64,000 nt of DNA. It comes from Candidatus Bathyarchaeia archaeon. GTDB lineage: Archaea > Thermoproteota > Bathyarchaeia > TCS64. The translations under genes were made by a program, and so were the position numbers. Each line of letters begins with the position of its first letter. The stretch's first letter is position 1. Below, piece by piece: positions 29,017-38,941 of the stretch. A model generated the notes under the pieces. That model was not told the origin of the DNA. It worked only from the letters and a program-made list of their open reading frames with translations, and searched no databases. The stretch covers positions 22,850-86,849 of the forward strand of contig JBEKDF010000009.1 in assembly GCA_050014495.1 (NCBI GenBank), written 5' to 3'.

Positions 29017-29499
29017 TTGTTGACTCAAAGAAAACCCAAGATGATGGATAAGGTGAACGCGGAGACCTGTGATCAGTGTGGTAAATGCCCGTCATCGTGC
29101 CCGGTCACAGTACGCATCGAGGGCTTCAATCCTCGCCAGATCATTGCGAAGGTCGCCTTGGGTAAAGAGGCTGAGCTGATGAAGAGCCAGGTTTTATGGA
29201 CCTGCACTAGCTGTCTCAAATGTAAGGAGCGTTGCCCTGAGGAGATCTCCCCTTACGACGTTATACTAGCTCTGCGCCGTATAGCTATCAATCTGGAGTT
29301 ACCTCACCCTGAGGGATACGACGAGTCAGTGAAAGCCGTGGTTGAAACTGGCGTCGTTCAGCAACCTCAGCTTGTTCGAACTCGTAACAAGGAGAGGAAG
29401 GATAGGAAGTCTATGGGACTTCCACCTGCGGAGAAGCCAAGGGACATGACTATGTACACCAAGACTCTCCGAGGCATTCTTGAGGAAGATGAACTTTGA
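29017..29499 (+). CDS. hdrC: HdrC-like protein
   Basis: CDQCGKCPSSCP and CTSCLKCKERCP. Confidence 0.88.
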   Translation: MLTQRKPKMMDKVNAETCDQCGKCPSSCPVTVRIEGFNPRQIIAKVALGKEAELMKSQVLWTCTSCLKCKERCPEEISPYDVILALRRIAINLELPHPEGYDESVKAVVETGVVQQPQLVRTRNKERKDRKSMGLPPAEKPRDMTMYTKTLRGILEEDEL

Positions 29500-30374
29500 A
29501 GTACGCTCTCTATTTGGGGTGTACTGTCCAGACCGAACAGTACGGATACGAGGCCTCTGTGAGGGCGACTATGCCTAGGCTGGACGTAGAACTCGTGGGC
29601 ATGGTCGGGGTAAGTTGTTGTGGGTTCCCACCATTTAGTAGTGTCAATGAATTAGCCTGGTTGTACTCATCTGCTAGGAATATTGCTATAGCCGAGGAGA
29701 TGGGCCTCCCACTACTAACCTTATGCAACGGTTGCCATCTCTCTTTCACGGAGACTATACACAAGCTGGGGAACTCCCCAGAATTGAAGGTGAAGGTTAA
29801 TGAGAAACTTGCCGGAGAGGGACTTAGATATGATGGTAAGGTTAAACTCGTTCATATCTTTGAGCTCTTACACGATGAAGTTGGGAAAGATAAGATCACG
29901 GCCGCTTTAACGAATCCCTTGAAGGGATTCAGGTTCGCAGCGCAGCCGGGCTGCCACTCTATAAGGCCAAGCAGAGTCGGTAGACCTGACAACCCTGAGA
30001 ACCCGAAGAAGCTTGATGAACTCATAACCTGGCTCGGGGCTGAGGCCGGTGACTACCCTGAGAAAAACGACTGCTGCGGCAGCTCTCTAGCAGTATCAGC
30101 CGGGAAGGTCGTCCTCGATATAGCTGGGGAGAAACTCAAAGCAGTCAAACGCCGCGGCTTCGACGGCCTTGTAACGACCTGCCCATTCTGTTTCAAAGTC
30201 TACGACAACAAGCAGCGAGCCATCCAGGCGATGGGGGGCAAGGAGATAGATATGCCCGTCTTCTACTATACTCAGTTACTCGGCCTCGCCATTGGCCTTA
30301 AACAGGAGGAGTTGGGAATCGATCTAAATCAGAGCCCGGTCGACGAGTTGCTCATAAGGATAGGAGGAGCATAG
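29496..30374 (+). CDS. hdrB: HdrB-like protein
   Basis: YLGC, SCCG, CNGC, PGCH, DCCG and TCPFC. Confidence 0.9.
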   Translation: MKYALYLGCTVQTEQYGYEASVRATMPRLDVELVGMVGVSCCGFPPFSSVNELAWLYSSARNIAIAEEMGLPLLTLCNGCHLSFTETIHKLGNSPELKVKVNEKLAGEGLRYDGKVKLVHIFELLHDEVGKDKITAALTNPLKGFRFAAQPGCHSIRPSRVGRPDNPENPKKLDELITWLGAEAGDYPEKNDCCGSSLAVSAGKVVLDIAGEKLKAVKRRGFDGLVTTCPFCFKVYDNKQRAIQAMGGKEIDMPVFYYTQLLGLAIGLKQEELGIDLNQSPVDELLIRIGGA

Positions 30375-30375
30375 G

Positions 30376-31683
30376 TTGAAGCCAGTACTCGTCATAGGTG
30401 GCGGAATCGCTGGTATACAAGCAAGCCTAGACCTCGCAGATAGGGGCACAAAGGTCCATCTAATTGAGAAGACCCCGAGTATTGGTGGCGTCATGGCGCA
30501 GCTTGATAAAACCTTCCCCACTATGGACTGTAGTATCTGCATACTAGCCCCGAAGATGATAGAGTGCTACAGGCACCCCAATATCACCATCCACTCTGAA
30601 AGCGAGGTCGTTAACCTCGAAGGCGCAGTTGGCGACTTTAGAGTTAAAATCCTCGAACACCCACGAAGCGTAGACGCGAAGAAGTGCACGGGATGTGGCC
30701 TTTGTAGTGAAAAGTGCCCCGTCAAACGTCCCAGCAGCTTCCAGGCTGGCCTTGGACAGCGTAAGGCGATCTACCTTGCCTTTCCTCAAGCCGTCCCCCT
30801 CATAGCCACAATCGATCGCGACGCCTGCCTCTGGTTCACAAAGGGATTATGCAGAACATGTGAGAAGGTCTGTCCCTCCAAAGCGGTGGACTATGAGCAA
30901 AAGGAGAACTTAATCGAACTAAACGTCTCTAGCGTAATCACTGCGACTGGCTTCGAGCAGTACAATCCAAAAGACATTGGCGAATATGGCTACGGGCGCT
31001 ACAAGAACGTTCTGACTGCTTTGGAATTCGAGCGCCTCGTGTGCGCTTCAGGGCCCACCGGTGGTGTCCTAAGCAGACCCAGTGATGGGAAAGTGAGCCA
31101 CAACACAGCCTTCATCCAATGCGTCGGGAGCCGAACCCAGACCGTCGGTTACTCCTATTGCAGTGCTTTCTGTTGCATGTATGCCACTAAGGAGGCTGTC
31201 CTCATCAAGGAGCATGAGCCAAGTAGTCACGTCACAATATTTTACATGGATCTAAAGACCTTCGGAAAGGGATTCCAGGGCTTCGTCGATCGCGCCCAAA
31301 GCCACTGGGGTGTCCAGTATATCAGAGGCCGTCCAGGTGAAATAAGGGAGGATCCAGTTACAAAGAACCTAACAATCCTTTATGAGAACACGGAGATCGG
31401 CAAGGTCGAGCGTATCGAGGTCGACATGGTAATCCTCTGCACAGCCGCTGTCCCACACAGAGAAAACAAGGAGCTCGCTCAGGTCCTCGGTGTCGAGCTG
31501 GATGAATATGGCTTTTTCGAGGTGGGAGACCCCGTCTCCTCGCCAGTCGAAACAGGCAAACCAGGTGTTTACGTCTGCGGTAGTTGCCACGGTCCAAGAG
31601 ACATTCCCGAATCAGTAGCCGAGGCGAGCGCAACCGCGGCGAAGGCTTCTGAGAACATCGTACTTTCGGAGGTAGGACAATGA
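30376..31683 (+). CDS. hdrA: HdrA-like protein lacking the N-terminal domain (first half of a split double HdrA)
   Basis: Starts at GGGIAG; DKTFPTMDC, ferredoxin insert and YCSAFCCMYATKE. Confidence 0.88.
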   Translation: MKPVLVIGGGIAGIQASLDLADRGTKVHLIEKTPSIGGVMAQLDKTFPTMDCSICILAPKMIECYRHPNITIHSESEVVNLEGAVGDFRVKILEHPRSVDAKKCTGCGLCSEKCPVKRPSSFQAGLGQRKAIYLAFPQAVPLIATIDRDACLWFTKGLCRTCEKVCPSKAVDYEQKENLIELNVSSVITATGFEQYNPKDIGEYGYGRYKNVLTALEFERLVCASGPTGGVLSRPSDGKVSHNTAFIQCVGSRTQTVGYSYCSAFCCMYATKEAVLIKEHEPSSHVTIFYMDLKTFGKGFQGFVDRAQSHWGVQYIRGRPGEIREDPVTKNLTILYENTEIGKVERIEVDMVILCTAAVPHRENKELAQVLGVELDEYGFFEVGDPVSSPVETGKPGVYVCGSCHGPRDIPESVAEASATAAKASENIVLSEVGQ

Positions 31684-33353
31684 CTTCAGCTCCCAGAATC
31701 GGGGTCTTTGTCTGTCGCTGCGGTATAAATATCGCCGCTTATGTGGATGTCCCCGCAGTCGTTGAGTACGCAAAGACACTCCCTGGCGTCACCTATGCAG
31801 AGGAAAACATGTATACATGCAGCAGCGATGGCCTAAACAAAATAAAGGAAGCGATCAAGAAGTACGGTCTAGAACGTATTGTCGTCGCCTCATGCACTCC
31901 TCGAACACACGAGCCCCTATTCCAGGCCACCTGCGAGGAGTCAGGGGTGAACAAATACCTTTTCGAAATGGCAAATATACGGGACCAGTGTAGTTGGGTT
32001 CACCAGAAAGAGCCAGAGAAAGCGACTGAGAAAGCAAAAGACCTAATTAGGATGGCTGTTGCAAAAGCTGCTCTCCTCGAGTCAGGCGATGAACCTGAAA
32101 TCGATGTTACCCCGAGCACCCTCGTCATAGGTGGTGGGGTCTCCGGCATGCGGGCAGCCCTCAGCATCGCAGACCAAGGATTCAATGTCACTATCGTGGA
32201 AAAGGAGTCCACCCTCGGAGGTAAGCTGCGGGGATTCGACAGCCTCTTCCCACACAAGCAGAAAGCCTCAGAGGTTCTCATGCCATTAATTACAAGGGTA
32301 TCCACTCACCCTAGGATCCGGGTTCTGACCAAGAGCACTGTAAAATCTGTCTACGGCTTCCTTGGGAACTTTGACATAGGTGTTGAGACTCGTCAAGGAG
32401 TTGAGGTTCTAAAGGTTGGTACAATAATCGTCGCCGTTGGCGCAGACATACTAAAGCCAAAGGGTCTATACTTGTATGGTGAAGACCCACGCGTTGTCAC
32501 TCAGAGCGAGCTTGAGCAACTTCTTCACAAGGGTGAAGTTGACGCTAAAATTGTTGTAATGATCCAGTGCGCAGGCTCACGCAATGAGGAGCACCCCTAC
32601 TGTAGCCGGATATGTTGTAATGAGGCCGTGAAAAACGCCATTAATATCACTGAGAAGGAGAGCGATGTCTACATACTCTACCGTGACCTCCAAACCTATG
32701 GCATCCACTACTCGCGCCTCGAGCAGGAGGCCAAGAGAAAAGGCGTTAAGTTCCTAAAATATCAGGCGGAGAGACCGCCGTTGGTCACCTCAGAGCCTGA
32801 TGGGCTCAAGGTGAGTCTATACAGTCCGACAGTGAACGAGGCCGTGGAGCTTAGACCCGATATGCTTGTCCTTAGTACCCCACTAGTGCCTGTGGCTGAC
32901 GCTAAAGAGCTTAGCCAGTTGCTGAAGGTCCCTCTCGACTCAAATGGCTTCTTCATGGAGGCGCATGTTAAGCTTCGCCCAATAGATTTCGCTACTGATG
33001 GTATCTTCATCTGCGGCACTGCCCACAGCCCGAAGGACATTGGAGAGAGTGTCGCGCAGGCACTGGGCGTGGCGAGCAGGGCCTCAATACCCATGGCTAA
33101 GAAGAGGGTACGCACTGCGGCCATCATGAGCCAGGTGGACCAGACGCGATGCAGTGGTTGCGGCACTTGCCTAGATGTCTGCCCATACAACGCATTGAAG
33201 AAAAACGATAAGGGCCTCGCCGAGACCATCGCCGCCGTCTGCAAAGGTTGCGGAGTATGCGGTGCAACGTGTCCTGAGAAGGCGATAACTATGCACCACT
33301 TTACAGACGCACAGATAGAAGCACAGGGCCTAGCCGCCCTAGAGGAGGACTAG
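31680..33353 (+). CDS. hdrA: HdrA-like protein (second half of the split double HdrA)
   Basis: CRCGINI, GGGVSG, YCSRICC..K and a C-terminal ferredoxin. Confidence 0.88.
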   Translation: MTSAPRIGVFVCRCGINIAAYVDVPAVVEYAKTLPGVTYAEENMYTCSSDGLNKIKEAIKKYGLERIVVASCTPRTHEPLFQATCEESGVNKYLFEMANIRDQCSWVHQKEPEKATEKAKDLIRMAVAKAALLESGDEPEIDVTPSTLVIGGGVSGMRAALSIADQGFNVTIVEKESTLGGKLRGFDSLFPHKQKASEVLMPLITRVSTHPRIRVLTKSTVKSVYGFLGNFDIGVETRQGVEVLKVGTIIVAVGADILKPKGLYLYGEDPRVVTQSELEQLLHKGEVDAKIVVMIQCAGSRNEEHPYCSRICCNEAVKNAINITEKESDVYILYRDLQTYGIHYSRLEQEAKRKGVKFLKYQAERPPLVTSEPDGLKVSLYSPTVNEAVELRPDMLVLSTPLVPVADAKELSQLLKVPLDSNGFFMEAHVKLRPIDFATDGIFICGTAHSPKDIGESVAQALGVASRASIPMAKKRVRTAAIMSQVDQTRCSGCGTCLDVCPYNALKKNDKGLAETIAAVCKGCGVCGATCPEKAITMHHFTDAQIEAQGLAALEED

Positions 33354-33355
33354 AT

Positions 33356-34123
33356 ATGAGCACATTCGAGCCAAATATAGTTGGCTTCTTATGCAATTGG
33401 TGCAGCTACGCTGGAGCAGACCTAGCCGGCGTCAGTCGAATCCAGTACCCCACTAACCTGCGCATCATCAAAGTCATGTGTAGTGGGCGTGTCGAGCCTG
33501 GGATGGTCCTCGAATTCCTCGAAGCAGGCGCTGACGGGATCATGGTGACAGGCTGCCACATAGGCGACTGCCACTACATTACCGGGAACCTCCACACGAA
33601 GCGGAAATTCGCCCTTCTCCAGAAGCTATTAGCAAAGACAGGTCTCGAGCCCCAGCGCATAAGGCTCGAATGGAACAGCGCCTCTGAAGGACAGCGCTTC
33701 GCCAATCTCGTCAAAGAGTTCACCGAACAAGTACGCGACATCGGCCCGACACCCCTAAAAGCACCGAAACCAGACGCTGCGAAGCTCCTTAACCTCCGAG
33801 CTGCGAAGGCAGCAGCGGATGCCTTCAGGCTCCGCGCCCTTGTTGGTAAGGAAGAGAAGCTCGTGACCACAGGCAACGTCTACGGTGAGAAGATCACTCA
33901 GGATGAGTTCACGAAGACGATGGATAGCGCCGTCGAGACTGAGTTCCAGGTCCACCGTATACACATTCTACTTCAGGAGAGGTCGAGGTCTGTGAAGGAC
34001 TTAGCAAATCAGCTCAGTTTGCAGCCTAGGACCGTACTCGGGTATATGGTTGCTCTTAGGCAGAGAGGCTGGGTCGACGTCAAGGAGACCGTGGAGGGAA
34101 CACCCCTCTACGCGGCGCAGTGA
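33356..34123 (+). CDS. mvhD: MvhD fused to a C-terminal winged-helix-like domain
   Basis: FLCNWCSY, MCSGR, GCHIGDCHY; ~120 extra aa ending in SVKDLANQLSL.PRTVL..L..RGWV. Confidence 0.85.
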   Translation: MSTFEPNIVGFLCNWCSYAGADLAGVSRIQYPTNLRIIKVMCSGRVEPGMVLEFLEAGADGIMVTGCHIGDCHYITGNLHTKRKFALLQKLLAKTGLEPQRIRLEWNSASEGQRFANLVKEFTEQVRDIGPTPLKAPKPDAAKLLNLRAAKAAADAFRLRALVGKEEKLVTTGNVYGEKITQDEFTKTMDSAVETEFQVHRIHILLQERSRSVKDLANQLSLQPRTVLGYMVALRQRGWVDVKETVEGTPLYAAQ

Positions 34124-34134
34124 GGCGATTATTT

Positions 34135-37100
34135 ATGAAGAAAACAGGCAGTGTAATGGTCGTCGGCGGAGGCATAGCGGGTATTCAAGCTGCTTTGGAC
34201 CTCGCTGACTCCGGCTTCAAGGTCTACATAGTTGAGCGGGAGCCGAGCATCGGTGGAGTCATGACGCAGCTAGATAAGACATTCCCCACGAACGACTGCG
34301 CAATGTGCATACTCGCCCCCAAGCTTGTAAGTGCAGGGCGCCATCCAAATATACAGCTCCTAACCTACAGCGAGATCAAGTCGCTCCAAGGCAAGGAAGG
34401 CAACTTTACCGCGACCATTCTCAAGAAGGCGCGCCATGTTGACCCTGCCAAATGCAAGGGTTGTGGCGACTGCGCCACCAAGTGCCCAACATCCGCCATA
34501 GACACATACAATGCTAACCTCAACGACCGCAAAGCAGTGTACATACGCTTCAGCCAGGCCGTCCCACTTACATATGCGATCGACAAAGACAAATGCCTCG
34601 GCTGCGGCATATGCAGCGAAGTCTGCAAGGCCGATGCCATAAAATACGACGACGTCGACGAGGAGTTGAAACTCAATGTCGGCTCCGTCATACTCGCCCC
34701 CGGCTTCGAGGCATTTGACCCCTCAAAGCTCAGCGAGCTAGGCTACGGCAGATATCCGAACGTAGTTAGCAGCATTGAGTTCGAGCGTATACTCAGCGCC
34801 ACAGGGCCCTACCGGGGAGTCGTCCTTCGTCCGAGCGATGGCGACATGCCCAAGAAGGTCGCATTCCTCCAGTGCGTGGGTAGCCGAGACGCCCGTGTTG
34901 GCAACCCTTACTGCAGCGGTGTCTGCTGCATGTACGCTATAAAGGAGGCCGTCATCGCACAAGAGCATAATCCCGGCCTCGAGGCTAGCGTCTTCTTCAT
35001 GGACATACGCGCCTTCGGCAAGGAATTTGACGACTACTATACACGCGCTGAGCACGAGCACGGAATCAAATTCATCAGGAGCCGCGTTGGCCACATCGAG
35101 CAGGACCCGGATACCGATAGCCTCAACCTGACTTACGAAGAGGGTGGCGAGGTCAAGCAGAATCGCTACGACATGGTGGTCCTGGGTGTGGGTCTCAACC
35201 CGCCGAAGAGCGCGGAGCAGCTCAGTAAGGCGATAGGCTTCACACTCAACAAATATGGGTTCGCAGAGACCAAGCTCTTCAGCCCGCTGGAGACGAGCAG
35301 GAAGGGTGTCTACGTCTGCGGGGCATTCAGTAGCCCGAAGGACATCCCCGACAGCGTCGCACAGGCAAGTGGCGCAGCCGCGAAAGCAGCTAAGGCGATC
35401 TCCAGTGTTCGTGGGACGCAGGTTAATCCCATTATGTTCCCAACGGAGCGCGACATCGCCAACGAGGAGCCACGCGTCGGCGTCTTCGTCTGCTGGTGCG
35501 GGATAAACATTGGCGGCGTAGTCAACGTCCCGAGCGTCGCGGCATATGCGAAGAAGCTCCCCCACGTAGCATATGCAGAGGAGAACCTCTACACATGCAG
35601 CCAGGACACACAGGACAGGATCAAGAACACCATCATTGAGTACAAGCTCAACCGCGTTGTCGTCGCCTCATGCACCCCAAGGACACATGAGCCACTCTTT
35701 AGAGCCACCCTAAGGGAGGCGGGCCTCAACGAGTATCTCTTCGAGATGGCGAACATACGCGATCAGTGCAGCTGGGTACACATGCACGAGAAGGAAGCCG
35801 CAACAAAAAAAGCTGAGGACCTTATCAGGATGGCGGTCGCCAAAGCGAGCCTCCTCCAACCACTTGAGAAGCATAAGATACACGTCACACCAGGAGCACT
35901 CATCGTCGGCGGTGGCGTAAGCGGTATGACTGTCGCCCTCGAAATCGCAGACCAGGGCTACGAGGTCCACCTCGTTGAGAAGGAAGCTGAGCTAGGCGGT
36001 AACATGAAGAGGATTAAGTTCCTCCCATCGGGGGAAGATCCTGCCGCGGAGCTGGCTAAGCTCGAGGCGCGAGTAAGGAAAAACCCTAATATCCGGCTCT
36101 ACACGGGAACGCAGGTCGTAGAGATAGACGGCTACGTCGGCAACTTCGAGACTACCCTTGTCAGTACAGAGAAGGAGACACAGATCAAGCACGGCGTAGT
36201 GATCGTAGCCACCGGCGGGGTGGAATACACGCCAAAGGAGTACGAATATGGCAAGCACCCCGACGTCATGACTCAATTCCAGTTAGAGGAAAGGCTCCAC
36301 GGAGGCTACAAGCCCAACACAGTAGTTATGATCCAGTGCGTAGGCAGCCGTAATGAGGAGCACCCGAACTGCAGCCGTGTTTGCTGCACCGGCGCTGTTA
36401 ACAACGCCCTAAAGGTCAAGGAGGCAAACCCCGCAGCAGACATCTACATCCTCTACAAGGACATGAGGACATACGGCTTCAAGGAGGACTACTACCGGGC
36501 CGCTGCAAACAAAGGTGTCATATTCATCAGATACGACGACGGGCACAAGCCCGAGGTCCTAGCTCAAGGTGGCCTCAAGGTGAAGGTACTCGATCTCGTC
36601 CTAATGGAGAACGTGGTCATCGAGCCCGACGCCCTCGTGCTCAGCGCGGGTGTACTACCCGCCGCTGACAATAAGCGCCTCGCGGGGATGCTCAAGGTAC
36701 CTATCAGCAAGGACGGCTTCTTCCTAGAGGCACATATGAAGTTGCGCCCCCTTGACTTCGCGACGGAGGGCGTCTACCTCTGCGGTTTAGCACACGGCCC
36801 AAAGACCATCGATGAGTGCATAAGTCAGGCCAGTGGCGCCGCTGCGAGGGCGCTGACCATCCTAAGCCACGACGAGATCGAGGCCGAGGGCGCCATTGCC
36901 AGCGTCGATGAGGATGCCTGCAGCGGCTGCCAGATGTGCGCCGCCGTCTGCGAGTTCAAGGCGATAGAGATGGTGAAGAAAGGCGACAAGATACACAGCC
37001 ACGTCATCGCCGAGGTCTGCAAGGGTTGCGGAGTCTGCGCAGCCACTTGCCCGAGTGGGGCAATCACGGTCGGGCACTTCACAGATCTTGAGATACTTAG

Positions 37101-37137
37101 CCAGGTGAAGGCCGCCTTAGAGGAGGCGAAGCAATGA
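34135..37137 (+). CDS. hdrA: Large double-FAD HdrA-like protein
   Basis: Two GGGxxG FAD domains, internal CWCGINI domain and ferredoxin motifs. Confidence 0.9.
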   Translation: MKKTGSVMVVGGGIAGIQAALDLADSGFKVYIVEREPSIGGVMTQLDKTFPTNDCAMCILAPKLVSAGRHPNIQLLTYSEIKSLQGKEGNFTATILKKARHVDPAKCKGCGDCATKCPTSAIDTYNANLNDRKAVYIRFSQAVPLTYAIDKDKCLGCGICSEVCKADAIKYDDVDEELKLNVGSVILAPGFEAFDPSKLSELGYGRYPNVVSSIEFERILSATGPYRGVVLRPSDGDMPKKVAFLQCVGSRDARVGNPYCSGVCCMYAIKEAVIAQEHNPGLEASVFFMDIRAFGKEFDDYYTRAEHEHGIKFIRSRVGHIEQDPDTDSLNLTYEEGGEVKQNRYDMVVLGVGLNPPKSAEQLSKAIGFTLNKYGFAETKLFSPLETSRKGVYVCGAFSSPKDIPDSVAQASGAAAKAAKAISSVRGTQVNPIMFPTERDIANEEPRVGVFVCWCGINIGGVVNVPSVAAYAKKLPHVAYAEENLYTCSQDTQDRIKNTIIEYKLNRVVVASCTPRTHEPLFRATLREAGLNEYLFEMANIRDQCSWVHMHEKEAATKKAEDLIRMAVAKASLLQPLEKHKIHVTPGALIVGGGVSGMTVALEIADQGYEVHLVEKEAELGGNMKRIKFLPSGEDPAAELAKLEARVRKNPNIRLYTGTQVVEIDGYVGNFETTLVSTEKETQIKHGVVIVATGGVEYTPKEYEYGKHPDVMTQFQLEERLHGGYKPNTVVMIQCVGSRNEEHPNCSRVCCTGAVNNALKVKEANPAADIYILYKDMRTYGFKEDYYRAAANKGVIFIRYDDGHKPEVLAQGGLKVKVLDLVLMENVVIEPDALVLSAGVLPAADNKRLAGMLKVPISKDGFFLEAHMKLRPLDFATEGVYLCGLAHGPKTIDECISQASGAAARALTILSHDEIEAEGAIASVDEDACSGCQMCAAVCEFKAIEMVKKGDKIHSHVIAEVCKGCGVCAATCPSGAITVGHFTDLEILSQVKAALEEAKQ

Positions 37138-37565
37138 GCGAATACGAGCCCAAGCTAGTCGGCTTCCTCTGCAACTGGTGCAGCTACGCTGGCGCAGACC
37201 TCGCCGGAGTCAGCAGGTTCCAGTACCCGACTAGCCTGCGTATAATACGAGTCATGTGCAGCGGCAGGGTCCACCCCGCACACATATTGGAAGCTTTCAA
37301 GGATGGTGCCGACGGCGTCTTAGTCGCAGGGTGTCACACCCCAAGCGACTGCCACTATATCTCGGGAAACTTCAAGGCGCAGCGGCGTGTGGCCATGGTC
37401 AAAAAGCTCATGGAGCAGCTTGGCATCGACCCAGAGAGGCTTCGCCTCGAGTGGATAAGCGCAGCCGAGGGAGAAAAATTCGCGAAGACCATAAGGGAGA
37501 TGACAGAGGACCTGAAGAAGCTTGGTCCGAGCCCGGTCGTTAAGTCCCTTAGGAAGGCTGACTGA
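37134..37565 (+). CDS. mvhD: F420-non-reducing hydrogenase subunit MvhD
   Basis: FLCNWCSYAGAD, MCSGRV, GCHTPSDCHY and WISAAEG. Confidence 0.93.
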   Translation: MSEYEPKLVGFLCNWCSYAGADLAGVSRFQYPTSLRIIRVMCSGRVHPAHILEAFKDGADGVLVAGCHTPSDCHYISGNFKAQRRVAMVKKLMEQLGIDPERLRLEWISAAEGEKFAKTIREMTEDLKKLGPSPVVKSLRKAD

Positions 37566-37566
37566 C

Positions 37567-38076
37567 ATGGAACAATCTGAGATAAGGATCACCACCGAGG
37601 GGAAAGAGTTCAGGAACGAGGTGATGGCGACCCACGGCGCGGACAAGTTGATGCTGTGCTATCAGTGCGGCACGTGCAGCAGCGACTGCCCGGTAGCTAA
37701 AAGAGTCCCTGAGTTCCGCCCACGTAACATCGCTCGCTTAGCCATCTATGGGCAGAAGAACCGCCTCCTCGACGGCGACCTCGTCTGGCTATGCGCTGGT
37801 TGCTACACCTGCTACGAGAGGTGCCCCCAGAAGGTGCACGTTAGCGAGATAGTATCCGCCCTCAGGCAGCTAGCCCTAAGGGAGGGTAAGCTGCATCCCA
37901 CAATCAAGTCTATAGTCACAAGCATCCCTAGGCTCGGATACATCAGCGAAATCGGTGAGTTTGAGAACGAGATGCGAGGCGAGGACGGGCTACCACCCGC
38001 ACCCACTCCCGCCACAGAGGAGATCAAAGCTATAATGAAGAAGACCGGCATCCTCAGCCGCGTCGGGGGCGAGTAG
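37567..38076 (+). CDS. hdrC: HdrC-like protein
   Basis: CYQCGTCSSDCP and CAGCYTCYERCP. Confidence 0.9.
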   Translation: MEQSEIRITTEGKEFRNEVMATHGADKLMLCYQCGTCSSDCPVAKRVPEFRPRNIARLAIYGQKNRLLDGDLVWLCAGCYTCYERCPQKVHVSEIVSALRQLALREGKLHPTIKSIVTSIPRLGYISEIGEFENEMRGEDGLPPAPTPATEEIKAIMKKTGILSRVGGE

Positions 38077-38078
38077 AG

Positions 38079-38939
38079 ATGGAGTACGCCTTCTTCGTCG
38101 GATGCACCGTGTTGAGTAGGTTACCCGGCTACGAGAAGTCCGCACGCAAGGTAGCGGAGAAGCTGGGTGTCGAGCTCGTCGACATGCCCGGCTCAAGCTG
38201 CTGCGGTACAACTTATATGGAGACCCTGGACCGTAAGACGGCCCTCGCCCTCGCAGCACGTAACATCGCGATAGCGGAGGAGATGGGCCTTGACATAGTC
38301 ACTGTATGCAATGGCTGCACCGAGAACCTCACAAAGACAAACAAGACGCTCAAGGAGGACCCTACGCTCCGAGCCGAGGTCAATGAGATACTCAAGGATA
38401 CCGGCAAACAGTTCAAGGGCACCGTCAACGTCAAACACTATGTTAGGATGCTCAAGGAGGATGTCGGCCTCGACAAGGTCAAGGCAGCATCCGTGAAGCC
38501 ATTCAAGGGCCTCAGAGTGGGTGCCCACTACGGTTGCCACCTCCTAAAGCCTAGCGACGAGATGCTCTTCGAGGACCCTAACGACCCAAAGGTGCTCGAT
38601 GACCTGATCCACGTCACTGGTGCGGAGAGCATCGACTACCCGGGCAAGACTGAGTGTTGCGCCGGCCCTGTGATGGGCATCAGGGAGAAGGTTACGTGGG
38701 ATGTCGGTATGGGAAAGGTCGAGACCGTCAAGAGGTACGCCGACGCCATGACGACCTGCTGCCCATTCTGCTACATAACATATGAGAGATGCCAGTTCAT
38801 GACTGAGAACAATCCAGGCCTCCCAGTCGTCCACATCACCCAGCTACTCGGCCTCGCAATGGGCCTCTCAGCTGAAGAGGTTGGGTTGAGCTCAAACAAG
38901 GTGGATGCCAGCGTGCTTCTGGCGAAGCAGGAGACATAA
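38079..38939 (+). CDS. hdrB: HdrB-like protein
   Basis: FVGC, SCCG, CNGC, HYGCH, ECCAG and CPFC. Confidence 0.9.
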   Translation: MEYAFFVGCTVLSRLPGYEKSARKVAEKLGVELVDMPGSSCCGTTYMETLDRKTALALAARNIAIAEEMGLDIVTVCNGCTENLTKTNKTLKEDPTLRAEVNEILKDTGKQFKGTVNVKHYVRMLKEDVGLDKVKAASVKPFKGLRVGAHYGCHLLKPSDEMLFEDPNDPKVLDDLIHVTGAESIDYPGKTECCAGPVMGIREKVTWDVGMGKVETVKRYADAMTTCCPFCYITYERCQFMTENNPGLPVVHITQLLGLAMGLSAEEVGLSSNKVDASVLLAKQET

Positions 38940-38941
38940 CA

